Shown piece after piece: positions 30,192 to 37,752 of a DNA stretch of 64,000 bases (its first letter is position 1; each line of letters starts with the position of its first letter). Location: the NCBI GenBank assembly GCA_038064595.1, contig JBBTSV010000005.1, forward strand, positions 612 to 64,611, read 5' to 3'. Source of the stretch: Patescibacteria group bacterium. GTDB taxonomy: Bacteria; Patescibacteriota; Minisyncoccia; Phycocordibacterales; Phycocordibacteraceae. The translations under genes and the position numbers were made by a program. The notes below the pieces were generated by a model. That model was not told the origin of the DNA and searched no databases. It was given only the letters and a program-made list of their open reading frames with translations.

Positions 30192-30899
30192 TCAGAGCGG
30201 GAAGATTCTCGGGAAGGATGTCAGCTTGACCTTCCCGTCGACGACGTCGAACTCGAACCATGCCATGTCCCCCTTCGCGAAGAGCTCGAAGTTGAGCTGT
30301 CCGAGCCCGACGAACGAGGAGAGCGCTGCTTCGCAGAGCGGACTGTGGGTGACGAGGAGTGCTGCCTCACCCGGCCCGATCACGCCTGTCACCACGGTGT
30401 GGATCACGCCAGCCATTTGCAAGCCGCAGTTTGCGAAGAGTTGTGGGTCGGCCTTGGCGAGCGCCTGGGGTGTCATGCTCTCGCATTTCGCGATGCGCTT
30501 CCATATCTCGGCGTTCTCGTAATCGGGCGGCGTGAGCCCGATCAACTGTTCCATCGAGTTGGGTGGGCTGGGGAGACACACTCCGGCAGTCTGGAGCGTG
30601 CGCAGTGCGGCCGAGTAGCCGCAATACGCAAAGTCCATCCCGGTCAGGAATGCCCGGATCCGCTCTGCATGCGGCAGAGCCTCCGACCAGTCGAGAGGAT
30701 CGTTCATCCCCCAGTCTGTCGGAGGGCGGTCGAGATGTGTCATCTGCCGCAAGTGCCGCATGAGACACACCGTCCGCACCACCGGGTTAAGTGGCGGCCT
30801 GTTCAGATACATCGAGATCTCCTTGGGGTTGAGAACCCGGCCTACGGCCGGGGGTAAAAGGGTCAAATTCCCGTGCTGACAATAGAGTATTAACGACAT
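30192..30899 (-). CDS. Hypothetical protein, possibly histidine-phosphatase superfamily
   Basis: 235-aa ORF; C-terminal ALLVTHSPLCEAAL resembles the phosphatase VTHG region; the overlapping + ORF 30156..30857 is R/H/C-rich antisense. Confidence 0.4.
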   Translation of the reverse strand: MSLILYCQHGNLTLLPPAVGRVLNPKEISMYLNRPPLNPVVRTVCLMRHLRQMTHLDRPPTDWGMNDPLDWSEALPHAERIRAFLTGMDFAYCGYSAALRTLQTAGVCLPSPPNSMEQLIGLTPPDYENAEIWKRIAKCESMTPQALAKADPQLFANCGLQMAGVIHTVVTGVIGPGEAALLVTHSPLCEAALSSFVGLGQLNFELFAKGDMAWFEFDVVDGKVKLTSFPRIFPL

Positions 30900-30982
30900 C
30901 CTGTCAAATCGCTTGGGAGAGGTAATAGAAGTGTGGATGCAGCGGCATGAGGGTATACAGCCGCATGAACGAATTTCTCAAG

Positions 30983-31231
30983 ATGGATATCTTTTTCTTC
31001 GTCACCACTGTGATTGCAGTTATCTTTGGCGTTCTGGGTGCCTACGTTCTCTGGCGGGTGGGGCGGATCCTCACGCATATCGAGCATATTTCTGAAGCGG
31101 TGGTAATGGAGAGCGCGCTGGTGCGGCAAGATCTAGCAGAGCTGCGAGAGAATATACGGGGTGGGGGAGGCCGCATCCGACCATTCTTTAGCTTCTTCAA
31201 GAAGTGGGCGCTGCGTAATAAGAAGAAATAG
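30983..31231 (+). CDS. Small membrane protein (one TM helix)
   Basis: MDIFFFVTTVIAVIFGVLGAYVLW then charged tail; start uncertain (30947/30965/30983). Confidence 0.4.
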   Translation: MDIFFFVTTVIAVIFGVLGAYVLWRVGRILTHIEHISEAVVMESALVRQDLAELRENIRGGGGRIRPFFSFFKKWALRNKKK

Positions 31232-31254
31232 CTTACCCATTTACCTACACCACC

Positions 31255-31620
31255 ATGGCTACTCACACCGGACTCAAGGTCAAGACAGGCGTCGCGCTCG
31301 GGCTCGCGGCAGCCGCAGCCGCAGGCTACTACTTTTACGGCAGCGACAAGGCCAAGCAGCACCGCAAGATCGCTACGCGCTGGGCGGCCGATATGAAAGA
31401 TGATGTGATGAGTAAAGCCGCGCAGCTCAAAGAGATGAGCGCGAAGGACTTTGCCACCATCGTCGACACTGTCTCGGCCACCTACGCGGGTGCCCGCGCC
31501 ATCGACGCGAGCGACCTCAAGCGTGCCGCGCAGGAGCTCAAGGATAACTGGAAGGAGGTCCAGAAGGAGCTCGTCACTAAGGCCTCCAAGGCGGCCGCCA
31601 AAGCCCGCAAAGCGGGCTAG
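31255..31620 (+). CDS. Hypothetical protein (121 aa), N-terminal hydrophobic segment then Ala/Lys-rich helix
   Basis: Clean ORF ending in hairpin gcccgc-aaa-gcgggc and T-run. Confidence 0.55.
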   Translation: MATHTGLKVKTGVALGLAAAAAAGYYFYGSDKAKQHRKIATRWAADMKDDVMSKAAQLKEMSAKDFATIVDTVSATYAGARAIDASDLKRAAQELKDNWKEVQKELVTKASKAAAKARKAG

Positions 31621-31647
31621 TCTCGCGGGCTCTCGTTTTTTTGTTGA

Positions 31648-31689
31648 AATATTCTTATCACTCGACGGTCGGCCATACATAAGGATATT
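31648..31689. repeat. Second copy of AT-rich hairpin AAATATTCTTATCACT...ATAAGGATATT (see 8852-8892)
   Basis: Shares 16-mer with 8851-8866; stem retained with a compensated loop. Confidence 0.55.
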
Positions 31690-31780
31690 TGATCGGTGAC
31701 CGACCATACACAATCATGACGCTATAGCGTGAAGATTAGGTATACCCGCCGCGGAAGTTTAACTTCCGCAGCACCCTTAT

Positions 31781-31843
31781 CCGCCAGCTTTTGAAATAAG
31801 CGCAGTAGCGGCGATTGACTTTTAGCATGGATAGCGCTATCCT
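31781..31843 (+). promoter_or_regulatory. Promoter-like module CCGCCAGCTTTTGAAATAAG-N14-TTGACT-N17-TATCCT
   Basis: Same 20-nt AT-rich element plus N14 plus TTGACW recurs at 32589-32628. Confidence 0.45.
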
Positions 31844-31847
31844 GAGG

Positions 31848-31906
31848 GCATAACCATAGAGAAAACCCTGTTGCATATCCGTATGCAATGGGGGTTTCTC
31901 TTTTTA
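31848..31906 (+). ncRNA. Candidate ~55-nt sRNA ending in a nested terminator hairpin plus T5
   Basis: Hairpin gagaaaaccc ... ggggtttctc enclosing ttgcata-tccg-tatgcaa, followed by ttttt; 3' end overlaps the NYN gene stop on the opposite strand. Confidence 0.3.
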
Positions 31907-32422
31907 GGGCGACGCTCTTTCAGAAAACTTGTGGTACAGATCGTTGAGGAAGACTAGGTCTGTATTTTTATTGCGAAGCAGAAATGAGCACTTTTGTTTA
32001 TTCGGAGCGATTACGCTATGCATCGCCTTATGCTCGACAAGGAATTCGACGAGGCAGCCAAAGTCGCCGTCACCGGTGACCAATACGCACTGGTCGTACT
32101 CTTTTTCATAAAACTGTGACGTTGCTTTAAGCACCAGCTCGGCGTCGCAGTTACCCTTGACCTCTCCATCTACCGAGATTGTTTGCTTGAAGATAAGAAT
32201 GAAGCCGCACTGCTGCAAATGCTCATACAGCTTCGTTTTGCCGGGAATAAGACCGATGAAGAGATAGACATTGGTCGGGTTGTACTTTTGGCGTAGCCAC
32301 CCACGGAACTTTTTGTAGTCGATACGGAACCCGAGCTCGGCAGAGGCGCGATGCAGATTTGCGCTGTCGATATAGACGTTGATGCGAGCGGCGTCCATGC
32401 CGTAAGCATAGCAGATCACCAC
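31904..32422 (-). CDS. NYN-domain (LabA/PIN-like) ribonuclease family protein
   Basis: INVYIDSANL ... GNCDAELVLKA ... VLVTGDGDF match the NYN acidic motifs; likely start at MDAAR (32398). Confidence 0.7.
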   Translation of the reverse strand: MVICYAYGMDAARINVYIDSANLHRASAELGFRIDYKKFRGWLRQKYNPTNVYLFIGLIPGKTKLYEHLQQCGFILIFKQTISVDGEVKGNCDAELVLKATSQFYEKEYDQCVLVTGDGDFGCLVEFLVEHKAMHSVIAPNKQKCSFLLRNKNTDLVFLNDLYHKFSERASP

Positions 32423-32425
32423 GTT

Positions 32426-32501
32426 CCCCTAGGACCGTCCTAGGGGGATCATCCACGGTGAGACTATCCGCAAGGTGTCACCTCGAGGTGACACCTTGCG
32501 G
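32426..32501. promoter_or_regulatory. Operator-like palindromes: 21-bp (cccctaggac c gtcctagggg) and a perfect 34-bp palindrome (ccgcaaggtgtcacctc|gaggtgacaccttgcgg)
   Basis: Located between divergent NYN gene and the 32702 gene. Confidence 0.55.
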
Positions 32502-32588
32502 AATAAATATACAGATCGGATTCGGTAGGGGAGGTGCTGGGGATGCTCAAGGCAGCATCGCCGAGGGCCGGACCGCCGCGATCCTCTT

Positions 32589-32651
32589 CCGCCACCTTTT
32601 GAAATAAACTTAGTTAGGCTGTTTGACAGTACATACGCAATGTGCTATAAA
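32589..32651 (+). promoter_or_regulatory. Promoter CCGCCACCTTTTGAAATAAA-N14-TTGACA-17-TATAAA
   Basis: Canonical -35/-10 with upstream AT-rich UP-like element; ~45-nt leader with AGGAGA SD before ATG 32702. Confidence 0.55.
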
Positions 32652-32701
32652 AGAATTAGACGGAATTGGTCCGTCGTATCGAATCTACACAGGAGAGTTT
32701 G

Positions 32702-33334
32702 ATGTCCCATAGCAACGCAAGAACTGGTGCCAGTGTTCCGCTTCTCACGCAAAAGCTGGCGCAGACTGGCCTCTACGAGTTACTGAATCTCGACGGCGGG
32801 TTCACAGACAAGAAGCTGTACTGGAGCCAACGTGATTGCAACGAGTGTGTTCTCGAGGAGCATCCGTTCGGGCTTGATACGTCCACGGGCTCGGAAACGC
32901 AATTGGATCATGGGGTCCGACTCATCGCATGCGATGGCGGCACCGACACTTCGGTCAAGGCGATGAAGCTCATGCTCGGCCATCATGCCGCGGTCCATCC
33001 CGTCAGCGGCCGCTTAGACTTCCGTCTGCGGATCATCCGCATCCGGAAAGCCGCAGAACATTGGGAGCGCCCGGGGCAATTCATCCACGACCTGTACTTC
33101 GAGCTGATCACCTGCGTCGGGAGCTTCATGTGCGGTGGCGTCAACGACCATACCGGCGAAGGCGGGTACGGCGGAGAGCAGTTGGAGGCAATCTTCCGCT
33201 TCATCGCCGCTCTCTACGACAAGCCGCTCGAAGAAGTCGTGATCCCCCAGGCCGACGCCGAGCCAGCACGGCGGAAGCTATCCGCCGCATACGGCAAGTT
33301 TGTCGAGCGGAAGAGGAGTGCGGTGGAAGCGTGA
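32702..33334 (+). CDS. Hypothetical Cys/His-rich protein (210 aa), unknown family
   Basis: Own promoter and terminator; CNEC, IACDGG, CVGSFMCGG clusters; CTG/CCG/CGG codon bias unlike core genes. Confidence 0.5.
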   Translation: MSHSNARTGASVPLLTQKLAQTGLYELLNLDGGFTDKKLYWSQRDCNECVLEEHPFGLDTSTGSETQLDHGVRLIACDGGTDTSVKAMKLMLGHHAAVHPVSGRLDFRLRIIRIRKAAEHWERPGQFIHDLYFELITCVGSFMCGGVNDHTGEGGYGGEQLEAIFRFIAALYDKPLEEVVIPQADAEPARRKLSAAYGKFVERKRSAVEA

Positions 33335-33354
33335 CCTGGGCAGTACCTTCACGA

Positions 33355-33394
33355 AGGCCCACGATTAGGCTCATAGCCAGATCGTGGGCCTTTT
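33355..33394 (+). terminator. Rho-independent terminator
   Basis: aaggcccacgat...atcgtgggcctttt. Confidence 0.55.
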
Positions 33395-33443
33395 CGTTTC
33401 CTATGACGAAGGGGTTGTGGGACGAAATGATATACTGGGGACC

Positions 33444-34265
33444 ATGACGGTCGCCGAGAGAAAAATCCTTTCTGTAGTCGCCCAAAAACCTTATTTCTTG
33501 AAGGACAACTTCGTTCTATATCACGGAGACTCAATAAACGTTCTCGCGCAGCTGCCCGAGAATTCGATCGACATGATCTTCGCCGATCCGCCGTACAATC
33601 TCTCCAATGGCGGCTTCACGGTGCACGCCGGACGCATGGTGAGCGTCAACAAAGGTGTCTGGGACATTAGCAAAGGATTTGAAGACGATTACGCCTTCCA
33701 CTATCGTTGGCTTGAGGCCTGCAAGCGCGTTTTGAAGCCTGAGGGCACACTCTGGGTGAGCGGCACCTATCACTCTATCTATCAGTGCGGTCATGCACTC
33801 CAATCCCTCGGCTACCATATCCTCAACGACATTTCATGGTTCAAGCCGAATGCCTCGCCAAACTTGAGCTGCCGATTCTTCACCGCGAGCCACGAGACAA
33901 TCGTCTGGGCGCGCAAAGATAAGAAGGCAAAACATACTTTCAATTATGAGCTAATGAAAGAAGGGAACTGGCCCGAGGATCAGTTGAAGAAGCCGGGACT
34001 CCAGATGCGCTCCGTATGGTCCATGGGCACCCCTCGCCCGGAGGAGAAGAAATACGGCAAGCATCCCACCCAGAAGCCGCTCGACCTGCTCAAGCGCATA
34101 GTGCTTTCGAGCACCAACAAAGGTAACGTCGTCCTCGACCCATTTACAGGCAGCTCCACGACGGGCATCGCCGCCGCTCTAAATGGGCGTAAATTCATCG
34201 GCATAGACATGGAAAAGAAGTACCTTGATCTTTCAATAAAAAGATTTAATGATCTTCGTGTATGA
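33444..34265 (+). CDS. Beta-class (DPPY then FxGxG) DNA N6-adenine/N4-cytosine methyltransferase
   Basis: IFADPPYNL motif IV upstream of DPFTGSSTTG motif I; ATG follows GATATACTGG; stop overlaps next gene. Confidence 0.85.
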   Translation: MTVAERKILSVVAQKPYFLKDNFVLYHGDSINVLAQLPENSIDMIFADPPYNLSNGGFTVHAGRMVSVNKGVWDISKGFEDDYAFHYRWLEACKRVLKPEGTLWVSGTYHSIYQCGHALQSLGYHILNDISWFKPNASPNLSCRFFTASHETIVWARKDKKAKHTFNYELMKEGNWPEDQLKKPGLQMRSVWSMGTPRPEEKKYGKHPTQKPLDLLKRIVLSSTNKGNVVLDPFTGSSTTGIAAALNGRKFIGIDMEKKYLDLSIKRFNDLRV

Positions 34266-34882
34266 AAATTGTTACGCGTACTATAGCAATAAGAAATTTG
34301 AAGAAATACATCGGGAAAGATTTGCGTCCACTCGCACTCAAGCATGGCATAACTACCTACGAGACCGGAAAGCAAAACAAAGGTTGGAAAGGTTTAGTTT
34401 TAGGACCATTGGCAGGTCTAACGAATAATAATTTGAAGGCCCCAAATGGCTTAGGTTTTGAGTTAAAGTCAGTTGCTTTCCATAAAGTAAAGGGCGAGCT
34501 CGTACCCAAGGAAACAATGGCGATCACAATGATCAACCCCAATGAGCTGCGGAAACACACATTCTATAAGAGCCACTGTTGGGAGAAACTGAAAGGCTTA
34601 GTTTTCTGTGCGGTTGAGTGGAGTGGCAAAAACTCTGGGGAAGCGAGGTTGCTCAAAGTGGCGAGCTTGGATTTTGCTGAAGATGACAAGCTTATAAAAG
34701 AGGTTAAGGCAGATTACGATCTCATTCGTAAAAAGCTAATTGCGGAAGGTTTCGACGCCTTGACGGGCAAGGACGGTAAATGGATACAAGCTCGAACCAA
34801 AGGATCCGGGCACGGTTCCACTAGCCGTGCATTCTATGCACGTACCTCATTCGTAAAGAAAATTTTCGAAACAGCAAGTTGA
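34262..34882 (+). CDS. MutH/Sau3AI-family type II restriction endonuclease (GATC-family fold)
   Basis: NKGWKG, GLGFELKSV and AFYARTSFVKKIF parallel E. coli MutH DKGWVG, ALGVELKTIP, RGFYLKKNFT. Confidence 0.7.
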   Translation: MKIVTRTIAIRNLKKYIGKDLRPLALKHGITTYETGKQNKGWKGLVLGPLAGLTNNNLKAPNGLGFELKSVAFHKVKGELVPKETMAITMINPNELRKHTFYKSHCWEKLKGLVFCAVEWSGKNSGEARLLKVASLDFAEDDKLIKEVKADYDLIRKKLIAEGFDALTGKDGKWIQARTKGSGHGSTSRAFYARTSFVKKIFETAS

Positions 34883-34889
34883 AGTCAAT

Positions 34890-35504
34890 ATGGAACTCCT
34901 TTACATAACTTTAGGATGGTTGTTTGGCTTACTCACGCCTCCCATTTCTTCTAGAATAGACAGAAAATATAAAGAAAAAGACTTTAGATTTGCAATATGT
35001 TCGGAGCTCAAAAATCTTGCTACTAGGATCGCGGGGCTTTCCTTTAAAGTCCATCTTCATTTGGGGAGTTTAGACAAACCATCATTAAGGTGGATTGGGG
35101 ATGTCTATAAAAAGTACAATGATGGCATGGTAACACCTGAAATGGAAAAAATATTCGGAGCGTCAGATGCAGATTTTAAAACGGTAATGGAGAAATATAA
35201 AGCATCTGAAAACAGATCGCTTGCTATCAAGACTTTCTCACTCCCAGTTATGGACTCTTTGTTGGGAGACATATGGGTTTTTGATTCACAATTTCAACGA
35301 GAAATCTTGGAATTGAGAAGTCAGGTGGATATTTTAAATCAAGAAATTGAAAATTGCATGCAATACTTTTTTCTAACTTTTGACCCTAGTACAATGAGTG
35401 CAAATGCGACTGTTTTAAATACGAATCTAAAAGAGAGTCACGGACTCATTGCAGACAGATGTAAAATTGTAGTGAGTAAAATTGACGTGATTATTGATAA
35501 ATAA
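34890..35504 (+). CDS. Hypothetical protein, very AT-rich gene, N-terminal TM helix
   Basis: 204-aa ORF; clearly AT-rich by eye in a higher-GC genome. Confidence 0.5.
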   Translation: MELLYITLGWLFGLLTPPISSRIDRKYKEKDFRFAICSELKNLATRIAGLSFKVHLHLGSLDKPSLRWIGDVYKKYNDGMVTPEMEKIFGASDADFKTVMEKYKASENRSLAIKTFSLPVMDSLLGDIWVFDSQFQREILELRSQVDILNQEIENCMQYFFLTFDPSTMSANATVLNTNLKESHGLIADRCKIVVSKIDVIIDK

Positions 35505-35532
35505 CACTTCGTTTTGTGGTATCGTACAGAGC

Positions 35533-35628
35533 ATGAATACAGGAGGAGAAGATGGGGGAGGGAAACCGGTGCTGGTGTCGGGGGTGAAGCCGACGGGGGA
35601 GCTGCATATCGGGAAGGGTGTATTATAA
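35533..35628 (+). pseudogene. Duplicated trpS promoter plus first 27 codons, running into an early stop (31-aa remnant)
   Basis: ~97 bp at ~35512-35608 is ~96% identical to 36417-36514 (the trpS start); reads MNTGGEDGGGKPVLVSGVKPTGELHIGKGVL*. Confidence 0.6.
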
Positions 35629-35633
35629 AGCGA

Positions 35634-36278
35634 GTGAAAACATTATTTGTTGACGAATCGGGCAATCTTGGGACAAAAGATCGATACTTTGTGCTCGTTC
35701 TATTTGCTCCTCAACGGAGCAAGCGCGTAGTGAATTTTATGAGGAAGTTCTGTGCCACAAATAAGCTGTCTGAAGTGAAGGCGAGCAGACTGTCTTTCCC
35801 TCAAAAGCAAGAGATTTTTAATAAACTCTGCAGTGCCAATGACTATACGATTTCATACATCGTCGCGGATAAGCAGAATATTGATAATAAGAAATTGTTT
35901 GAGGATAAAAACCTCTGCTACAACTACTTGTTTTCGTTCTTGGTGAAAAAGACCATAAAAAGTTCCCCGGAAGATCTGTCCATTCTGCTTGATAATCACT
36001 CGACTAAGGTCGGTTCTATTAACTCTCTTTCTGACTACATTAAGATAAAAGCGTTTACGCAGTTTGGCTACCAGCATAACCTGCAAATTGCGTACACAAA
36101 CTCGGAACATTCCAAGGTGGTGCAGGCGGTTGATGTGATTGCGAATGCAATTTGGGCGCATTACAACTATGGTGCGAGCCATTTCTATAACATGCTGACG
36201 ATCAGTGAATCGATTCGATTTCCGCAGAACAAATTTGGACAAAATCTCGTTATCCCCACGGCTCCTATCTCACCTTGA
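35634..36278 (+). CDS. DUF3800-like protein
   Basis: GTG start; KTLFVDESGNLG N-terminus typical of DUF3800; AT-rich gene; ORF-track entry 35514 is an out-of-frame read through the trpS repeat. Confidence 0.55.
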   Translation: MKTLFVDESGNLGTKDRYFVLVLFAPQRSKRVVNFMRKFCATNKLSEVKASRLSFPQKQEIFNKLCSANDYTISYIVADKQNIDNKKLFEDKNLCYNYLFSFLVKKTIKSSPEDLSILLDNHSTKVGSINSLSDYIKIKAFTQFGYQHNLQIAYTNSEHSKVVQAVDVIANAIWAHYNYGASHFYNMLTISESIRFPQNKFGQNLVIPTAPISP

Positions 36279-36377
36279 TTTTATCTGCAATTTCATATAC
36301 TATTAACTTGATGTAAATCCGGTGTGGAGCTTATAGCAAGTAAGTGGCGTATTCCGTCACCGAAACACTGGTAATCT

Positions 36378-36402
36378 AGAAAAGCCCTGCGGGGCTTTTC
36401 TG
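36378..36402 (+). terminator. Rho-independent terminator upstream of trpS
   Basis: gaaaagccctgcggggcttttctgcttt. Confidence 0.55.
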
Positions 36403-36437
36403 CTTTCTAGGTTAATTTTTGTGGTATCGTACAGAGC

Positions 36438-37415
36438 ATGAATACAGGAGGAGACAATGGGGGAGGGAAGCCGGTGCTGGTGTCGGGGGTCAAGCCGACG
36501 GGGGAGCTGCATATAGGCAACTACTTTGGCGCGATGCGCCAGTTTGTCGAGCTGACCAAGGAGGGCAAGTATCGGCCCTTCGTCTTTGTCGCCGACTATC
36601 ACGCGCTCAACTCGGTGCAGGATCAGGGGGAGATGAAGCGGCGCACCCGAGAGGTGGTGATGGCCTACCTCGCTATCGGGCTCGACCCCGAGCAGGTGAC
36701 GATCTTCAAGCAGTCGGAGGTCCCGGCGCACACCGAGCTCTGCTGGATCTTCGACACCCTCACCACGATGCCGTATCTCATGCGCGCGCACGCCTTCAAG
36801 GATGCCGAGGCCAAGAATAAGGAGATCAATGTCGGGACCTTCAACTACCCGATCCTCATGGCTGCCGATGTCCTCCTCTATGACGCCGCCGTGGTGCCAG
36901 TGGGGCAGGATCAGAAGCAGCATATCGAGATCATGCGCGACATCGCAGAGAAGTTTAACCGGATATATAAAACGGAGGTGTTCAAGCTCCCCGAGCCCAT
37001 GATCGTGCCCGAGGTGGCGGTGGTGCCGGGCACTGATGGCGGCAAGATGAGTAAGAGCGAGGGCAACGTGATCCCCCTCTTCGGCACACGCGACGAGCTC
37101 GCGAAGGCGGTGATGAGTATTGTCACTGACTCTGCTGGCGGCCGGCCGGAGAATGTCTACGCTATCCATAAACTAGTGCGCAGCGAGCAGGAGCTCGAGG
37201 CAGTCTATGCCGAGCACGAAGGGAATTACAAAATGCTCAAAGAAATTTTGATTGAGGATCTCGACCGCGTTCTCGCGCCTATGCGCGCGAAGTATGAGGC
37301 GCTCAAGGAGGACTCGAGAGAGGTGGACGTGATCCTCGGCCGCGGTGGGCAAGTGGCACGTGAGGTGAGCGAGGCCAAGATGGCGCAGGTCCGCGCAGCG
37401 ATCGGGGTTGCATAA
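36438..37415 (+). CDS. trpS: Tryptophanyl-tRNA synthetase
   Basis: GELHIGNYFGA (HIGH) and KMSKS motifs; ATG 7 nt after GTGGTATCGT -10-like motif; alternative GTG start at 36483. Confidence 0.9.
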   Translation: MNTGGDNGGGKPVLVSGVKPTGELHIGNYFGAMRQFVELTKEGKYRPFVFVADYHALNSVQDQGEMKRRTREVVMAYLAIGLDPEQVTIFKQSEVPAHTELCWIFDTLTTMPYLMRAHAFKDAEAKNKEINVGTFNYPILMAADVLLYDAAVVPVGQDQKQHIEIMRDIAEKFNRIYKTEVFKLPEPMIVPEVAVVPGTDGGKMSKSEGNVIPLFGTRDELAKAVMSIVTDSAGGRPENVYAIHKLVRSEQELEAVYAEHEGNYKMLKEILIEDLDRVLAPMRAKYEALKEDSREVDVILGRGGQVAREVSEAKMAQVRAAIGVA

Positions 37416-37439
37416 GTCAACAAGTTTTGTAGAGTACGA

Positions 37440-37730
37440 GAGGACTGCGCCTCCTGATTGCTGGAGCGTGAGCCGCGGGTCGAAGCCGGGTTTCGGCAAT
37501 ACTCACGACTTCTCGACCCCTCTTGATCTGCTCCAGCGATCCACCGTAGTCTGCGGGTGTTACTCCTGCACCCGCCTCGACAGCTACCGCCGCCCCCGGT
37601 TGATGGGATTTGGCCGTTCTTCACCCCTAGGCGCGGGGTTCTGTCGAGAGGGGCTCGCAGGGTTGAGACCCCTGGCGAGCTACCTATTTCAAAAGCCGCC
37701 TCACGTGTACGTGGGCGGCTTTTACCATTT
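37440..37730 (+). other. Highly structured 330-bp spacer between trpS and aspS (candidate ncRNA or long leader) ending in a terminator at 37691-37723
   Basis: Nested stems (gctggagc/gctccagc; gggtcga/tcgaccc; gcgggtg/cacccgc; ~10-bp stem 37651-37682) then aaaagccgcctcacgtgtacgtgggcggctttt. Confidence 0.3.
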
Positions 37731-37752
37731 AGTTGTGGTATTTTATACCCAT

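Noticed and set aside
30156-30857. 233-aa plus-strand ORF
   Set aside because: R/H/C-rich nonsense composition. The opposite-strand 30192..30899 ORF reads as a plausible globular protein.
34262-34882. MutH as part of Dam-directed mismatch repair rather than restriction
   Set aside because: No mutS, mutL or alpha-class dam nearby. The partner methyltransferase is beta-class and overlaps the endonuclease gene in an island of foreign composition, so a restriction-modification role is favoured. This is not excluded.
36357-37169. 270-aa minus-strand ORF
   Set aside because: Antisense to trpS.
37455-37500. ctgattgctgga...ggtcgaagccggg resembling a tmRNA 5' end
   Set aside because: No tRNA-like T-arm or acceptor 3' end and no tag-peptide reading frame nearby.
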